This document shows, one piece after another, positions 62,379 through 64,000 of a stretch of DNA of 64,000 bases; positions within the stretch are counted from its first letter, which is position 1; each line of letters opens with the position of its first letter. Below the pieces are notes generated by a model, which was not told where the DNA came from, did not search any database, and saw only the letters and a list, made by a program, of their open reading frames with translations. The stretch comes from Candidatus Peribacteraceae bacterium (GTDB lineage: Bacteria; Patescibacteriota; Gracilibacteria; Peribacterales; Peribacteraceae). Where the stretch lies: contig JAGOTD010000005.1 of the NCBI GenBank assembly GCA_018061945.1, forward strand, positions 2,278 to 66,277, written 5' to 3'. The position numbers were made by a program, and so were the translations under genes.

Positions 62379-64000
62379 GCGCACGCGGGTTGGTGCCGCG
62401 CAGAAATACATGCCAGATTTTGGCATTGTAGAGTGACGGAGCAGCGGAAATCGCCGTCTGAATGGTATCGATTTTTCTTGCCTGTTCCACAAGCTGCTTG
62501 GCGCGAAAGCCTGCTCGTTCACTACGTACGATCAGGCAAATAAGCTGATTGGCGGGTGGATAGCCACTGTTCGCTCGCAGGGCGATTTCCTGATCGAGAT
62601 ACTGGCGTATTGTCGCGTTTGCGGCGTGGGCGATTTCGGGAATAGCGGGACGGAAGGTTTGAATCATTACATCGCGTATGCCAGCCTGGCGAGCGGTTTC
62701 GATAAAATGACTGACTGTTTGAAAGACTTTTTCGCCAGCCCGGAATGTGGGGAGCGACAGGCCGATATCGGCAACGAGCATGGCGGCAAGCGTCACTTTG
62801 TGTACTGCCAGTGCACGAATAACCGGTGTAGTGCCAATGAGAATATCTACTTCACCTTTTTCCAGTTGCTGTAGCAGTCCCGGCAGATCATCGGGGGAAT
62901 CCAGCGTATCGCTGTCGGCGCGGGCAACTTTTGCGTGTGGGAAAAATTGTTTCAGTAAACTTTCGGCTCGTTCGGTACCGGCGCCAACCGCAAAGAGGCG
63001 AGTGGATCCACAATTCGGGCAATGGGCTGGAACAGCATTCACCATGCCGGAATAATGATCGACCAGCATTGGCCTGCCACCAACTGTGTGTACGGTCATC
63101 GGTAACTGCGATGCGTCCGACAGAATGCTCTGTTTGCAATCGAGACACAGAAGCGACGTTGCGTTGCCCCGACGATTGAGAAATAAAACAGTCTTTTCTT
63201 TTTTTTCTAGGCGCTGTTCGATCGCTTGAAAGAGGTTTGGAGAAAACGGATACGCTTTACCAAATTGCACTTGTGCCAGATCGATAGTCGTAATTTTGGT
63301 AGAGCTGTCATCTGCGTTGCGTGGCATATGCACGAGGTGGTATCGATGCGTATGCGAAACCGCATGATGCCAGCTTTCGAGCGACGGAGTGCGGCTGGCC
63401 AAAATCAGTTTGGCTTTGCTGTAGGCAGTGAGAATCTCGGCTGCCAAACGGGCGTGATAGCGGGGCGTTTGTTCGCTTTTATATGTCCATTCCTGTTCGT
63501 TATCGATAATCACAAGGCCAAGATCCTGCAGCGGTGCAAACAGTGCGCTACGTGTACCGATCACCACAATCGATTTGCGTTGCTGGACTGATTGGAAAAT
63601 GTGTCTGCGCTGCGAAACGGTTAACTTGCTATGCAGGAGAATGAGTCGACTCGAGCCAAAGAGTTCTTCCATCTGCGTGTACATGCGCACCGCAGAGTAC
63701 ACATCGGGCAGGAGAAGAATCGCGCTTTTATTGGCCTGAAAATTCTGTGAAAGCAGATGGGCGTAGAGCTCTGACAGTGGGGAATCTGATTCATCAAACA
63801 CAAGAGCCGGCTTGCTATCTGCCATTAATTGAATGAGCGCGGATTGCTGAGCATCCGTTAATGTGGGCAGAGCAGGGGATTCGTATGTAGTATCGATAGT
63901 CTCGATGACTGTTCGCTCGATGCGTTCAATTCTTGCTTGCAGACAACCGCGTTTTTCGAGTGCTTTTATATTCGCACGTGTCACTCCGGTATCGCTTATC
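62317..64000 (-). CDS. priA: Primosomal protein N' (PriA), partial; 5' end outside the window
   Basis: The Cys-rich zinc segment CLDCKQ...CPNCGS and helicase motifs are present. The ORF is open to the window edge. Confidence 0.85.
   Translation of the reverse strand, partial: ISDTGVTRANIKALEKRGCLQARIERIERTVIETIDTTYESPALPTLTDAQQSALIQLMADSKPALVFDESDSPLSELYAHLLSQNFQANKSAILLLPDVYSAVRMYTQMEELFGSSRLILLHSKLTVSQRRHIFQSVQQRKSIVVIGTRSALFAPLQDLGLVIIDNEQEWTYKSEQTPRYHARLAAEILTAYSKAKLILASRTPSLESWHHAVSHTHRYHLVHMPRNADDSSTKITTIDLAQVQFGKAYPFSPNLFQAIEQRLEKKEKTVLFLNRRGNATSLLCLDCKQSILSDASQLPMTVHTVGGRPMLVDHYSGMVNAVPAHCPNCGSTRLFAVGAGTERAESLLKQFFPHAKVARADSDTLDSPDDLPGLLQQLEKGEVDILIGTTPVIRALAVHKVTLAAMLVADIGLSLPTFRAGEKVFQTVSHFIETARQAGIRDVMIQTFRPAIPEIAHAANATIRQYLDQEIALRANSGYPPANQLICLIVRSERAGFRAKQLVEQARKIDTIQTAISAAPSLYNAKIWHVFLRGTNPRALISKLDLTDVIVDVDPLEVM

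Noticed and set aside
1-64000. Alternative genetic code (UGA recoding, as in some CPR lineages)
   Set aside because: All conserved genes read uninterrupted to their normal ends with standard stops, including TGA.

Overview
Gene-dense 64-kb bacterial window that reads cleanly in the standard genetic code. About 60 CDS can be supported, mostly housekeeping: truB, ftsA-ftsZ, dut, rseP-dnaA, thrS, lgt, eno, purT, infB, rplS, lepA, rplI, secG, rplU, tgt, clpP, miaA, recG and a partial priA. There are four intact tRNAs: Lys-CTT, Val-GAC, Pro-GGG and Val-TAC. Gene content points to a small-genome, uncultivated Candidate Phyla Radiation / Patescibacteria-type organism: a T4SS-type mini-pilin, many orphan membrane proteins, a stand-alone 5'-3' exonuclease and ComF. 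That placement is inference, not a database result. A strand switch, an AT-rich tract and two facing DnaA boxes just upstream of rseP-dnaA suggest the replication origin lies at about 21.8-22.2 kb. Six things are not explained by ordinary annotation. (1) Both tRNA-Val loci carry extra 5'-fragment or variant copies in which the D-arm segment GCTCAGC is replaced by the same 14-nt perfect palindrome. At one locus these copies are interleaved with small GIY-YIG nuclease genes. (2) Several families of intergenic 'word-array' palindromes recur through the window; one is inserted in-frame in comF and others create false N-terminal ORF extensions. (3) Visibly AT-richer islands carry orphan genes: a PLP enzyme with a novel N-terminal domain plus a DnaJ-type zinc-ribbon protein, a 242-aa orphan at a tRNA 3' end, and a 1308-aa protein with a single HExxH motif coupled to a small membrane protein. 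(4) A 33-nt copy of the comF start lies on the far side of a sufS-like/DsbA-like gene pair. (5) There is a secreted protein with 26 cysteines and a tandem-repeat architecture next to a pilin-like gene. (6) There is a VirB6/TrbL-like membrane gene pair. No CRISPR array, rRNA, transposase or integrase gene was seen. All family assignments rest on motifs read by eye; no HMM or BLAST search could be run.
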